Part shown: one piece after another, positions 41,361 to 54,006 of the stretch
Numbering within the stretch: the stretch's first letter is position 1
Layout of the letters: each line of letters begins with the position of its first letter
Source: Octopus vulgaris
Taxonomy: Eukaryota
Direction: 5' to 3'
Length of the DNA: 64,000 nucleotides
Assembly (NCBI GenBank): GCA_951406725.2
Contig: OX597817.1
Location: 116,312,001-116,376,000, forward strand
Program-made: the position numbers and the translations under genes
The notes under the pieces: generated by a model
The model's input: the letters and a program-made list of their open reading frames with translations, nothing else
Databases searched by the model: none
What the model was told of the DNA's origin: nothing

Positions 41361-42139
41361 GATTAAATTAATAAAATTAACAAATTACACCTAGTAGTTT
41401 GTCGGTATGGAAAAGTACCATATTCGGTAAAAACTTATAAAAAAAGGTTTTTATATATATAATTATAACAATAAGGGTTTAGCAACAAGTTGCTTGACCA
41501 CATACCGAAAATTTTAGAAATAGCAGCCAAAAGATAACAATATCTACAAATATTGTTATCTGTGGAGACATATTTTGTAGAAAATACAGACAAACAGACA
41601 GATACAGACATTCAGACAGCCAGACACACATATACCTACACATCTACATATATCTTTAAATATATGTTTTTGCTTGCGTGAGTTTTACGTGCGTATGCAT
41701 GCATGTATGTGTTTATGTATGTACGAACGTATGTATAAGTATAGATATGATCGACACCGCGTGGTTTCCTCTCCTTTAATTGGACCAGCTATGGAAGAAT
41801 AAATTTGCATAAGATCCAAGTAAGATACGAAATAAGATTTAAAATTCGCTTAACCTTAAACTTTTTCCATCGGTTTGCATGAATATTTAAATGTAGGAGC
41901 CTTCGTTTGGTAACTGGTGAATCTGTATCTCCTTCAAAACTAAAGCGCACTGCCTGGAAACATACGCACTGAATAATTCAGTCCAGTGCGCAGTGTCCCT
42001 CATAACAGAAACGATTGTCTCGGTACAGGAATATCATATTTCCATGTGCTTATTCTGCAACATTAAGAGCATCGTCATAATTCTGTTTTAAATATATTAC
42101 CTTCGAAAATTCCTTCAACATTTATCTTTTTTCTTTCAT

Positions 42140-42472
42140 TTTTTTTTACTTGTTTCAGTCATTTGACTGTGGCCATGCTGGAGCACCGCCTGATGAAAGG
42201 TTATATCTTGTTCTTATACCGGTTTAGAATTCGAACGAGGCTATTTAGCACATCTGTAAAATGCTCAATATTTGCCCAATCCCGAAGTGTAGAATATCAA
42301 AATAACATTTCTTAATTTTTTTCATATGAACAAAGTTAATGATAGTATTTATTTAATAGAAACCGATAGAATCAGTACTAGGCTTACCAAGAATAAGTCC
42401 TGGGATCGATTTACTCGACTAAAGATGGTGCTGCAGCATGGCCGCAGTCAAATTACGGAAACAAGTAAAAGA
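42140..42472. mobile_element. Two SINE 3' tails in inverted orientation (42140-42191 minus, 42358-42472 plus)
   Basis: ttttacttgtttcagtcatttgactgtggccatgctggagcacc is complementary to ggtgctgcagcatggccgcagtcaaattacggaaacaagtaaaa. The same tail occurs at 51545-51740. Confidence 0.8.
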
Positions 42473-43139
42473 AAAAAGAAAAAAAGAAAGAAAATGACAA
42501 TATACAGCTGTAGGTTAGAAATTTTTTTTGGGAAATTGACATCTAAGCACAAATATTGAAGAGATTGTATGCTCGTTCATCTGCCACACCAAAATGTTCA
42601 TTGGATGAAATATCTGTTGTCACATTGATAATTGGCTATGTACTTGATATATCTTATTGTTCATATCAAAGTTATTGCATTATAATTGCGTTAATGATAT
42701 GTACGGTTTCATGTAAATGTATAATCGCTTTTGTTGAATGAAAACTTTCATTATACATTTAATTCATTCTACTATGCAGAAGCAGCATAGGGAAATCATA
42801 AACCGTATATAAACAAATGAGATTCCAGTGGATAGATTGATTCCTATAGAGAGAAATTGCTAAACGATTCTAAATATGAAATAGTAATATCAGCTAATGA
42901 TAATGAAACCATATGACAAAAGTAAGCAAATGAAGTACTCAGAATTTATATCAATGAATTTTCACCACAGGGCTATGTCAATATTAAATCAATTATGAGG
43001 ATTTAAGAAATTTTATGTCATCTCAGAACAAAAACAAAGAAACAATTTCCATGACAAAGCATGTGCTTATATTATCGTTTATATTTCCATTAATCTCATT
43101 TCTACCATAGACTCAAACAATATTTTTTTGTTTACTTAT

Positions 43140-43356
43140 ACATCCCACAATATCCATGTTGGATCGTTAGCCCCTACACGCAACTTTTTTCTCTCCTTGT
43201 TTCTCTCCTTGTTTCTTTTCTGTGTATCTTTCTGTCGAAGAGCGTAGGCTCGAAACGTAAAAGACTTTATTTCTATTCCTGAGCGCCATACTAATACATT
43301 GTTTGTTTGTACTCCACCTGCCTTCGTCTTTTGTTTATGTTCGTAAAACTTCCCGT

Positions 43357-43358
<2 letters not shown>
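43140..43358 (+). mobile_element. Solo PLE terminal repeat (family G) with hammerhead-like motif at 43227-43264
   Basis: tcttt-CTGTCGA-A-GAGC-GTAG-GCTC-GAAA-CG-TA-aaaga. Homologous to 47945-48150 and to the PLE 3' end at 60265-60430. Confidence 0.8.
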
Positions 43359-43406
<48 letters not shown>

Positions 43407-43518
43407 TATGTGTGTATACATTTACACATCACCACACACATGCACATATGCATGTACATACATACACAAATACGCGCGTACACACACGCACACGCACTTA
43501 TGTATATATATATGGAGA

Positions 43519-43531
43519 GATAGATAGATAA

Positions 43532-43608
<77 letters not shown>
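43519..43608. repeat. (GATA)n microsatellite
   Basis: Directly visible. Confidence 0.95.
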
Positions 43609-43609
<1 letters not shown>

Positions 43610-45508
43610 CGATCGATCGATCTACACTTCTAGTTGTTACTACTTTGGATCTCCAGCAGGGAAGGAGCTGGTCTCTAACAATGACACAAAGCTCCATTGC
43701 TGGAATGTAGAGAAAAACAATTTCACATGCTAAGCATGACAGATTTGTCTTGATTTGTTTACTATTCCGGTTACACTATTTGTAATGTGCATGTTAGCTG
43801 TTTAATATTTGTGAGAATCCTAGTTTTACTGATTGTCACTAAGATATTTATTATTCTTAGTGATGTGGAGTTATAATCTGGGTATAGTGGCTAAAGTTGT
43901 CGAAGCAGTTCTCCATAATTATCCAATCTCATTCTGATTATCGAAACGACATTAATATCGGACGGCCAGCTGATATCCGTGATGTCAGACACTTTTCATA
44001 CCTGTACAACGATATGCGAGGTGTTATATGTTCACCTGGTTGAAGTTTTTAGAGGAACACTCGCCAATATTCCTTCTGTTGATATTTATATATACAGATG
44101 TGTGAGTTTATTCAATGAAATATGACGTCTCTATATTTATTCCAGGACATTCTCGTTTTCGGATGGCTTTGTATATTATGGAGACTATGAGGCATTGAAT
44201 TGGTAGGTCATAAATGAATGACATTTTTGATGCTGTAGTTTAGTCAGAGTGACTACACAACGCTGTTTACACTGAACTTAAGCCTGTAACTTCTGCATTT
44301 CTTTGTAGGTAGTACCTGTTGATATCACTGTTGCTTTGGAAGTTTTCAGTTAGTATGAGGACCTTCTGGATATTAATGTTTACAGAGTGAACACCCTCTA
44401 TAGATCAGTCGCGTATCTAAATCGTTTGTCTCAACACTCTTGCTGCAAATGTATCGCAATTTACTCTCTTTATCTTAGACAACTGTTCCGACTGCCATAT
44501 TGTCTTAGTCTGGTGTAATATTCCTGTATCAAAATATTTTCATTCGAATGATATGCTTTTAACAATGTTTTATTATTTGAAATAGCGGGGGGGGGGCAGA
44601 AGATATCAAGAACCAGCGATGTAAAGGCTTTGGGTTTGTGGTCGTGTGACTGATTTTCCACGCACTACAATCGAATACAAACACTTCTCTTTGCCAAATT
44701 CCTTTCTTGTCTCAACTGAAAATGTTGCCATTAACTTCGGCTGTTTCTTGGCATGGGAAATAGTTTTGGTTAAGATCTTCATGTTATTCACAATTGAAGT
44801 TTGGGTTACATTGGTCTCTCTAGCTGTTGCAGACCTTAACAATTGACCATTGGGTATTTGTAGTAGAAATGATTATGGATTTAATGCCAAAATAAACAGA
44901 GTTACAAGTGTGAATATTGGTGCACAAGGGTTTTTGAACTTCTGATCAAAGGCCCAATCAAACATATCAGGTATTTTTGCCAAATGTAATTCCGTAGACA
45001 TGATTGGGGAATAGAGTCGAATACGTTCATTTGATAAAGTCATACTGTCGCAAGGTGTTTACGCTCTATCCATACCTCAAGCAATACAACTTTCTTTATC
45101 AACAATTCGCCCAACAGTTCGCACATTATCACATTTCTTACTTTCTATCTATCAGCTCATCGGCCTCTACATCTATGAACTCAGAATGATCATAGAGGAA
45201 CTGGTTGAGTCAGTCTGTCTACAGTTTGTTCATAATGATTGAGCTGAAACGGCCTAAATCGTTGATTTCATTCATGCTATAGCAAGCCTATTCAGTATGC
45301 CAATATGTCCTTTCACAGCACTTTGGGACACACACACACATAAATTTGAGCGCCTAGGATTCATAACTGCCTACAGAGCAATGTGCAGTCTCAGCAGTCG
45401 AAACAATATGTCGGTCAGTGTTGAATATATTGCAGAAAAGATTTTAATAAAATGTTTTGGATGTGAATAAATCTCCACTCTCATCTTCGTTATCAGTCAT
45501 ATATATAT

Positions 45509-45672
45509 CGGCGCAGTTGTGGCTGTGTGGTAAGAAGTTTACTTCCCATCCATGTGGTATCGGGTTCAATTCCACTGCGTGGAACCTTGGGCAGGTGCCC
45601 TCTACTATAGCCTTGGGCCGACCAGTCTTCTTGTTGGACTTGGTAGACGAAAACTGAAAGAAGCCCGTCGTA
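45509..45672 (+). mobile_element. tRNA-derived SINE family A, 5' part
   Basis: Box A TGGCTGTGTGG, box B GGGTTCAATTCC, then accttgggcaggtg (CORE-like). Confidence 0.88.
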
Positions 45673-45709
45673 CACACATACAAATATACATACAAACAAA
45701 TATGCATAC

Positions 45710-45765
<56 letters not shown>

Positions 45766-45865
45766 AATATTAGGGAGTGAATCCAAAATTACAGGGAAAA
45801 ATCAGATTTAGGGTTAAATCCAATTTTATAGTAAAATATTATATACTGATTAGAAGATCGAAAAT

Positions 45866-45909
45866 CCACCTGAAGATTGTCGGTAGCAGACATGAAACAT
45901 TTGTAGTGG
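45866..45909 (+). ncRNA. Type I hammerhead motif inside a family P-related unit (45770-46000)
   Basis: ccac-CTGAAGA-T-TGTC-ggtagca-GACA-T-GAAA-CATTTG-TA-gtgg: all three helices pair; GUA triplet. Confidence 0.8.
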
Positions 45910-45994
45910 CGGTTTTTTTAAATTTATATTAAAATTTGATGTATTGATTAAGTCTTTCCTTGTTTGGTTTTAAAATAGTGGTTTTGTCTCGAAT

Positions 45995-46059
<65 letters not shown>

Positions 46060-47194
46060 CACATATAAGTTATATATTAAAATACACACACACACATATT
46101 GGTTTGTGTGCGTGCATACATTTGTGGCCCTGATAGTGAACCTGTGTAAATTTTGTAAATGTATATTTTGTAAGACTTGCGTGTTAGTGTTGTGTGTGTG
46201 TGTATATTTGTGTGTGTGTTTGTGTGTGAGAGACAGGGTGTATGTGTGTCTGTGTAAATGCCTATATACATAGAAGAAGGATATATACGTATATGAAAAC
46301 CCTATTAATAAAGCAAAAATAAATATAAGTTAAGTATCTTAGGTTTATAAAATGAATAAGGTATCAAATTGCTTGCATGTGTTCCATGAGAGTATGTTCG
46401 TGATAGGGAAAAGAAAAAATATCAAATCAAAGAATCAAATGTATTTCGGTCTCTTACATTTTATCAAGAGATATCTTTCGTTTCATACGTGTACGTATTA
46501 TATTTGATTTCAAGAAAATTTTCTTTCAGAAGGTTCACCATCTAAGGAGAATCAAAACAAAATTATATAAATATAGCAAACAAAGAAGGGACTTGAAAAT
46601 AAATTACGAAGGATGAAAGATGAAAGTATATTCGAAATCATATGAAAATATCGATGGAAACGGAGAATCTGATGACTGAAGCATAGTTAAATGCATCAGG
46701 CGAGTAAGAAAGTTTCAAAAAAATAAAAAAAAATATGCGAAACACGGGAGTGTTTCTAAAGAATGTCCAAATCAAAACAACGACAGAGTACTGGCGTGCA
46801 ATTATTCAGAAATTCTTTTGCACTTCCTCGCAGTTTGTTTAACTTTTAAAGACCTTTTCCCAATATATAAAGCAGTTATGGATGTTTGAAATATCAATAT
46901 TTGTAGACACCGATCCCAATATATCTTGATTCCCAGTGACTGGTGTGAGCAAGAATGTATTAATATCTGAGAAGTTGAGGTGAGGATCGTAGCTATAGAA
47001 ACGCCAGGCAGATGCAGTTTCAAATACATCAGTGCATGAGTTACTACTAAAATATATATTATGAAAATCGCCATGAAATTATCTCTTACATAAATATTTT
47101 AATATATCCAAGTACACACCCGTGTATGTATATACAGAGACGATGATTTTGATTATTGAATGTAATTAAGATAAATCTCTCTAAAAGATAATAT

Positions 47195-47507
47195 TACCGT
47201 GATCACCGTGATCGACCAGGCTATCAGATGTTGCTACATATCGCTGGTCACAATGCGCTTCGCATTGTTTTAGCCTTCAAATGACGCCTGCCCGCTGGCT
47301 AAGCGAGCAGGCCAACAGAAGAAAGAGTAAGAGAAAGTTGAGACGAAAGAGTGCAGCAGGGATCACTACCACCCCCTGCAGGGGCATCGTGGAGCTTTAG
47401 GTGCTTTCGCTCAATAAACACTCACAACGCCCGAAATGGGAATCGAAACCGCGATCCTACGACCGCAAGTCCGCTGCCCTAACCACTGGGCCATTGCGCC
47501 TCCACAG
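47195..47507 (-). mobile_element. tRNA-derived SINE family C, full length with target-site duplication
   Basis: Head GGAGGCGCAATGGCCCAGTGGTTAGGGCAGCGGAC...GGTTTCGATTCC. 10-bp TSD aagataatat at 47185-47194 and 47508-47517. Confidence 0.9.
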
Positions 47508-47871
47508 AAGATAATATGACTCTAGGAAATTCTGATTGCAGTACATTCACTTACATTGTTTCAATATAAGCGCGTGCGCACAAACACACACACACGCACA
47601 AAAACACACACAAACCCAAACACAAACACACAAGCACATACACACTCTTTTAATGATGATTAATGGAAAAAAGAGTAACCAGTATCATAGTGGAGAGTAA
47701 TATTTTAATATCGTCGAGTCAGTCACTGAATACACCGTGTTTCATCTGTAGGTTGCCATGTTCAGATATAATATAAACAAAAAATATCTTATATCAATCT
47801 TAAGTGTTACTCTTCTCCCTCACTGTATATATATATATGTACACACACACACACACACACACATACACACA

Positions 47872-47940
<69 letters not shown>

Positions 47941-47944
47941 AGCA

Positions 47945-48150
47945 GACGCTATGATAGATCGTTAGCCACTACACACCTTTTTTTCTCTCCTTGTTTTCTC
48001 TCCTTGTTTTCTGTGTCCCTTTCTGTAGAAGAGCTTAGACTCGAAATGTAATAGACTTTTCTATTACTGCGCGTTATACTAATACATCTGTTTGTTTCGT
48101 ACACCACCTGTCTTCGTCTTTTGTTTTTTTTTTTTGTAAACTCTCCCTAT
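47945..48150 (+). mobile_element. Family G solo terminal repeat with degenerate hammerhead (48019-48054)
   Basis: cttt-CTGTAGA-A-GAGC-TTAG-ACTC-GAAA-TG-TA; flanked by (TA)n on both sides. Confidence 0.75.
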
Positions 48151-48229
48151 ATATATATATATATATAGGTGAATTTTATTTCATGACACTTTTTAGCTTT
48201 ACTCTATTGATTTTTGTGAAAATTGATTT

Positions 48230-48440
48230 CATATATCAGCACAAGGCCAGCATTTCGCGGGAGGGGGTAAGTCGATTGCATCGACCATAATTCTCATCTG
48301 GTACTTATTTTATCGATTCCATAATTATGAATGGCAAAGTCGACCATGGTGAAATCTGATCTGTGAACGTAAAGACGGATTAAATGATCCTATGCGTTTT
48401 TGCCGGCGTGCTAATGAGTCTACCAGTTCGTCGTCTTATA
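48230..48440 (-). mobile_element. SINE family B copy (decayed)
   Basis: ctggtacttattttatcga...ggcaaagtcgacc...gccggcgtgctaa. Confidence 0.75.
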
Positions 48441-49049
48441 GTTATTTCTAAATATTAATATACTAACATAGTGTTTATATTACTTCTGTCTGACGTGACG
48501 TGAACAAATGTTAGATGGCCTGCATGATTCTTTTCTTATTTGTAACAGATAACCTAACACATATTATTAGTAAATTGATAAGACTTTGCTTGGTTCAGAT
48601 TTCCGCCTACAAACATTGTCAGCATATTCTGATAAAACCGTATTCTACTAGTAGGCCTCTATTTAGGGGATATTCAATTGTATATAAACAAAAGCTATGC
48701 AAATTATTTATAATAAAAACATTTAAAAAAGTCATTAAAGATACGACCTGAAACCTGACTCAGACCAAGGATACAATAAAGAGAATAATGGCACTTAACA
48801 AGTCACTATAAAAAAATTTGAATAATTTATCATTGGATTTGCGAAAGAAAATTAAATAATACGGAAAGCTGCGATTAAGATTATAGCTTCCTTTCATTCA
48901 TAGGCAACAAAGATTACAAATAAATTACATAGACACTGTATTTGTTCAACCACAATTTTTAATGCAACTTCTTTTTTTCTCATAAAGCAATAAGATTATA
49001 CTCGTCGATTTTTATTCTCTTGTCACAAAGACACATTATGTATACCTCC

Positions 49050-49088
<39 letters not shown>

Positions 49089-49171
49089 TATACATATATA
49101 TATACATGTATATATAGATCGATATATGTATATGTATATATATACATATATATATACATGTATATAGATAG

Positions 49172-49223
<52 letters not shown>

Positions 49224-50956
49224 GACTGTATACACACACATAGATATATATATATATATATATATTTATGAGTGTGTGAGCGTTTGTGGAGAGAGAGAGA
49301 GAGTGGGTGGGAGAGAGATCTGAGAGACTATCAGTTTTCGGTTGTTTGCTGAAATGAGATACAAAATTTCAATGCCTATTGAATTAGCTTGTCAGTGTCT
49401 GATTCTTCCAGAGTGAAGTGTACTCTTAATATAATACACCTGCGGAATAAACTTAATACATATTGACTATGGATGCACATTCAGGTTACAGGTAAAATCA
49501 ATCTATCTCTATTTTGTATTTTTTTCCGTCTACAGAAATTCATACACAAGATACGGAGCGACTTGTCGCTATGATGAAAACAAACAAACTCACCAGCTCA
49601 TTCTCACATGAAGCATTAAAGTGTGCGACACAAGAACAGATTTCTTTCTCTTCCTGTAATCCTGCAAGTTTTTCACATTCATTCTTTCAATCTTCTACCC
49701 CACTCTCTTACTTTATCTATCACTCTATCTATGCAAATATACATATACATAAACATGTAAAGATCCCGTACTGAGATGCGGTAAAGATACCTATTATCTA
49801 TTACTGTTATTGTTTTAACAAAGGTTATAAAAACTAGTCGGTAACAAATTAACTGTATTAGAGGCAGACTGGAGTGTAGAATTGAGCCAGTTGTTTAGTC
49901 AAAAAAGAAAAGAAGGAATTTAGGTCCTTCAAAGGAACAAAAGAAAACAGTTGATAAGTGCAGGAATAGTCAGTCTTCATTACTTTATTACTTTATTACC
50001 TTTAAATGCTTAATTTTATTCCTTTATTGTTTATTCTGTTTAGCACTTTCTTCCTTTGAAGTTCCCACGAAGTTACGATTGTAATTTATAGTCAACCTGA
50101 TATCTTTGTACATTTCTTTACTTTATTTTGTAATTTGATTATAATTTTATTTTGTCTCATTATATGTATGAATCTAAATTGTCTGTAAACTGCTTACACA
50201 AATGACGTGAGACCCTAACGAAGGAATTATTTGAACAATCACTTGACTGGGGTTCATTTTACGACTTAAATGTAAAATGTACTGCGTGTTTTAAAATATG
50301 TCTAAACAATTAATACAGGAAAATATTCAGTCTCCTTACTGTCGTTTTTCTAGTTATACAAACTCTACGGATACAATGAAATTCATGATGAATACACAGT
50401 TGTAAGAGCATTTCCACTGTATGATGAAAGCTGGTAGTCAATAATTGCACGAGTTTTACCGAGCATACAAAAATATTTTTACCCTAAAATTATTTAAGTA
50501 TATACATATACATAGTTAAAGTTCTGCAATGTCATGACCCTCACTAGCAATACCAAGAGCCAAAAGAGAAGCAAAGTGCAAAATATCAGGCTCTGTAGAG
50601 TAGCGGGTTTGGTTTTATAAGCGTGTTATCCTTCTCCTAGAGGGATGTCTTAAAAAAGAGCACTGATAACACACTGTCAGTGGGTTTACTGTGTCCTTCA
50701 GTACCAACCCAACTGTTTCTAACTCACGTCGCTTATAAGCTCGTTAACCCATAGTTGCGACCATAACAGATGTGTTACTTCGGTTTAGAGTAGAATTAGG
50801 AACAGTAGTAGGCTAAGAGGTTATTCCGAATTCCTCAAAACCCTCAAAACCTGGAACACGTGAGACAGAACAACACCACTGGATGCAGTTAAATATGATA
50901 GCCGAAACGTTATATATATATATATATATATGTATATATGTGTGTGCGTGCGTGTA

Positions 50957-50994
50957 TTATTACTACTACTACTACTACTACTACTACAATTACG

Positions 50995-51032
<38 letters not shown>

Positions 51033-51035
51033 AAT

Positions 51036-51088
<53 letters not shown>
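50957..51088. repeat. (TAC)n microsatellite
   Basis: Directly visible. Confidence 0.95.
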
Positions 51089-51175
51089 GTTGTACCTGTG
51101 AGAAATATAAAAATGTAGCCTTCTGCAAATTGTGAGCTGGTACCATGAGAAATGTTTCTATATTGCTACAGTTAA

Positions 51176-51390
51176 AGGCGGTAAGCTGGCAGAATCATTA
51201 GTACGCCGCGCGAAATGCTTAGTGGTATTTCGTCTGTCCTTAAGTTCTGAGTTTAAATTCTGCTGGGGTCGAATTTGGCTTTCATCTTTGCGGGGTTGAT
51301 AAATCAAGTACTAGTCGCGCACTGGGGTCGATCTAATCGACTGCCCCCCACAAACAAATTTCAGGACTTGTGCCTATAGTAGAAAAGTAT
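51176..51390 (+). mobile_element. SINE family B copy
   Basis: aggcggtaagctggcagaatcattagtacgcc...ctgagtttaaattc...cactggggtcgat. Confidence 0.85.
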
Positions 51391-52699
51391 ATTGCGACAG
51401 TTACAGAATATAGAAAGAAGTGTAAAACCTATAGACATATAATCCATGCAAAATATCTCAGTGACGCAAACATAAACAGAATTACTATTTAGCCTCAAAA
51501 TATATCGTACATATTCAGAGAACCTTCTTGGTTTAGTGGTTTTATTCTTTTACTTGTTTCAGTCATTTGACGATGGCCATGCCGGAATAACATCCTTTAA
51601 TCGAAGAAATTGACTCCTGGACTTATTCCCTGTAAACTTGGGACTTATTCTATCAGTCTCATCTTACTGAACAGCTAATTTACAGGGATGCAAGCACACC
51701 AACATCGGTTTTCAAGCAATGGTGGGGGGAACAAGCACAAACACACACACTCACACATAAATGTAGATATATCGTAACATATAGTTGCCAACCATGTGTG
51801 GCTTCCTATACAGGACAGTGCTACTGATATTCATAGCCCCAGGAAGACATCTCTTCCAGCTGGGTAACTACACACATTCTGTGTCCAATTAGTATTTGAG
51901 AGTGGGGGAGGGGTGTACCCTTCCATCTCAGTATATAGGATCGGATAATTAATTATATTGTTGAAAAGTAAAGAGTTAAGGGAAAAATAAAAATATTTTT
52001 GATTTTGTTCGGCTCCATGAATTTAAATGTTTTTAAATGGTTTCGTCAATTGCTTGATACAAGAAAAAAGAAATTGGAAAACTTCTGAGCAAAACAGACA
52101 AATTCTAACTTAACAAAAGACATAGAAAGGTGTCCAACATGTGACACCTATTATCACCCCCCCACACACACATATATATGTGCATATAGGTGTGTATGTG
52201 TGTGTAGAAAAGGAACGTAGAAAACTAAAACACAACACAGCGGAAAATGTATTTAAAATAACCGTTAACGGATGAGGATGTATAAACACTCTCGCCAAAG
52301 CTGCATGGCGCAAGTACACTCGCTCATAGAAGTATCCACAAAGATACAAGCATAAGCACACGTGTGGTTTAGTGTGCATACGTTCATATAGCGAGTTAAA
52401 TAGCTACTTAGTGATTCTAAGAGTTGGGAGGTTAAAGCTAAATTAAATTCATCCATATCTTAAAGTAAATTATGTTAACAGTTACATTCATTCCCACTGC
52501 ATTGTGTGAAAGTACATTGATATGCATGTAGGTATGTTGGGTGACTTTCAGAAATTCTATTAATAATCTTTTAATTCGTCCACAGATTAGAAAGGGATTC
52601 CTCGGAGCAGAGTCGGCATTTCCTGAAAATGATATTGTATGGTTTTGCGTGCCTTACTATAGACCAAGTTGTTATACTTAAATTTGTCTTCCTTCATTC

Positions 52700-53150
52700 A
52701 TCTCTGAATGGAAGAACACGTTCCGTCTTGAAACCAGAGATGGTCGTTTTTCTTCTAGCGCTGACTTGAATGATTAGTTGAATGACAAAATTCAAGCTTC
52801 GATGGGATTTTGTTCCACCAGGATTTGCCGGACATTCTCGTCGAGCTCTAGAGACCTTGCAGGACGAGGCTCGTCTTCTAGGCTGTAGTTTCCGACTTGG
52901 AATTTCTAAAACCACCATTGACACTGACTGACGCTTATTGTGCGATCCTCATATACTGCAGTAATATTCCTCGCACTTTCAGTTACGTTGCTGTCTTTAT
53001 TGAACTCATAAAGCAAAATATGCCGAATATGCTCCGTTGTCACTTCTGTTATAATGTAGCAGTTAAAATCGAACTGCTATTTTCAAATCTTGTACTAAGA
53101 ATAAAGATAAGGTAAAATTACTACCTGCTTTTATATAAGAAGCACTAAAA
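52700..53150 (-). mobile_element. Mariner transposase N-terminal half (internally deleted)
   Basis: EVTTEHIRHILLYEFNKDSNVTESARNITAVY...QWWF*KFQVGNYSLEDEPR. Confidence 0.85.
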
Positions 53151-53589
53151 TATAAGTACTCAAAGAGTACTTATAAAAATTATGAAAAACCTAACGATAT
53201 TATGTGACATTTCTACTAATCATCCCTCCAGAATAACTAAAAAATGTATCACAAAAATATACTGGATTACAATATCATTCATTAAACATAATTAACGTTG
53301 GAAGGGAATAAAAGTTTAAGTAACAAATTATAAACAGCAAGTTTTCACACGATGAGAAATTCACTCATGTATGGAGACAGACTGACTTGTTAATTCCCCA
53401 ACATTAAGTAATGTGTAAACAACTTGAGCCGCAACTCTTGAATGGTCGGGAATTGTCTGATTTATTGTATACATTCTAAAGATAGACATATAAGATGTTA
53501 GGAATATACCTGAATGGGCTCACAGAGGCAATAGTTTACAGCTATACACGTTGAGAGTGGTGCCAATAATGGGAAGATAAAAAATATAA

Positions 53590-54006
53590 AGAAAAACGAC
53601 CATCTCTGGTTTCAAGACGGAAGGTGTTCTTCCGTCAGGTTAATGCTTGGCCTCATACAACGAGGATGACATTCCAAAGGCTGGAGCAGTTTGAGTGGGA
53701 AATCATGCTCGCCCTCAATATTCACCGGACATTGGCCCATCTGATTATCATTTATTCCGCAGTCTTTAAAAGCATTTGGATGGGAAAAATATGAGTTTTG
53801 GAGACAAGATCATAACAGTAGTGAAGAAGTTCTTTTCGTCACGTACAAGTGAATTTTGCAAGAGGGGCAAGTCTACCAGATACATGGAAGAAAATTGTAG
53901 AAAATCTAGGAGAGTATATTTTAGATTAAAGCAGAATTTTGTTTATCTTAATTTTGAAAAATAAAGGAAGTATAAAAAAACGCATTATTTATGGGATGAC
54001 CCAATA
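53590..54006 (+). mobile_element. Mariner transposase C-terminal half with 3' TIR
   Basis: KRPSLVSRRKVFFRQVNAWPHT...YSPDIGPSDYHLFRSL...WKKIVEN.GEYILD*; terminus cgcattatttatgggatgacccaata. Confidence 0.88.

Noticed and set aside
43640-45200. Possible decayed LINE ORF1/endonuclease region
   Set aside because: No diagnostic motif could be read in any frame.
46665-46715. CTGATGA followed by a strong hairpin
   Set aside because: GCGA rather than GAAA follows the stem, and helices I and III do not form.
47430-47504. tRNA gene
   Set aside because: Boxes A and B are present but there is no complete cloverleaf; it is the head of a TSD-flanked SINE.
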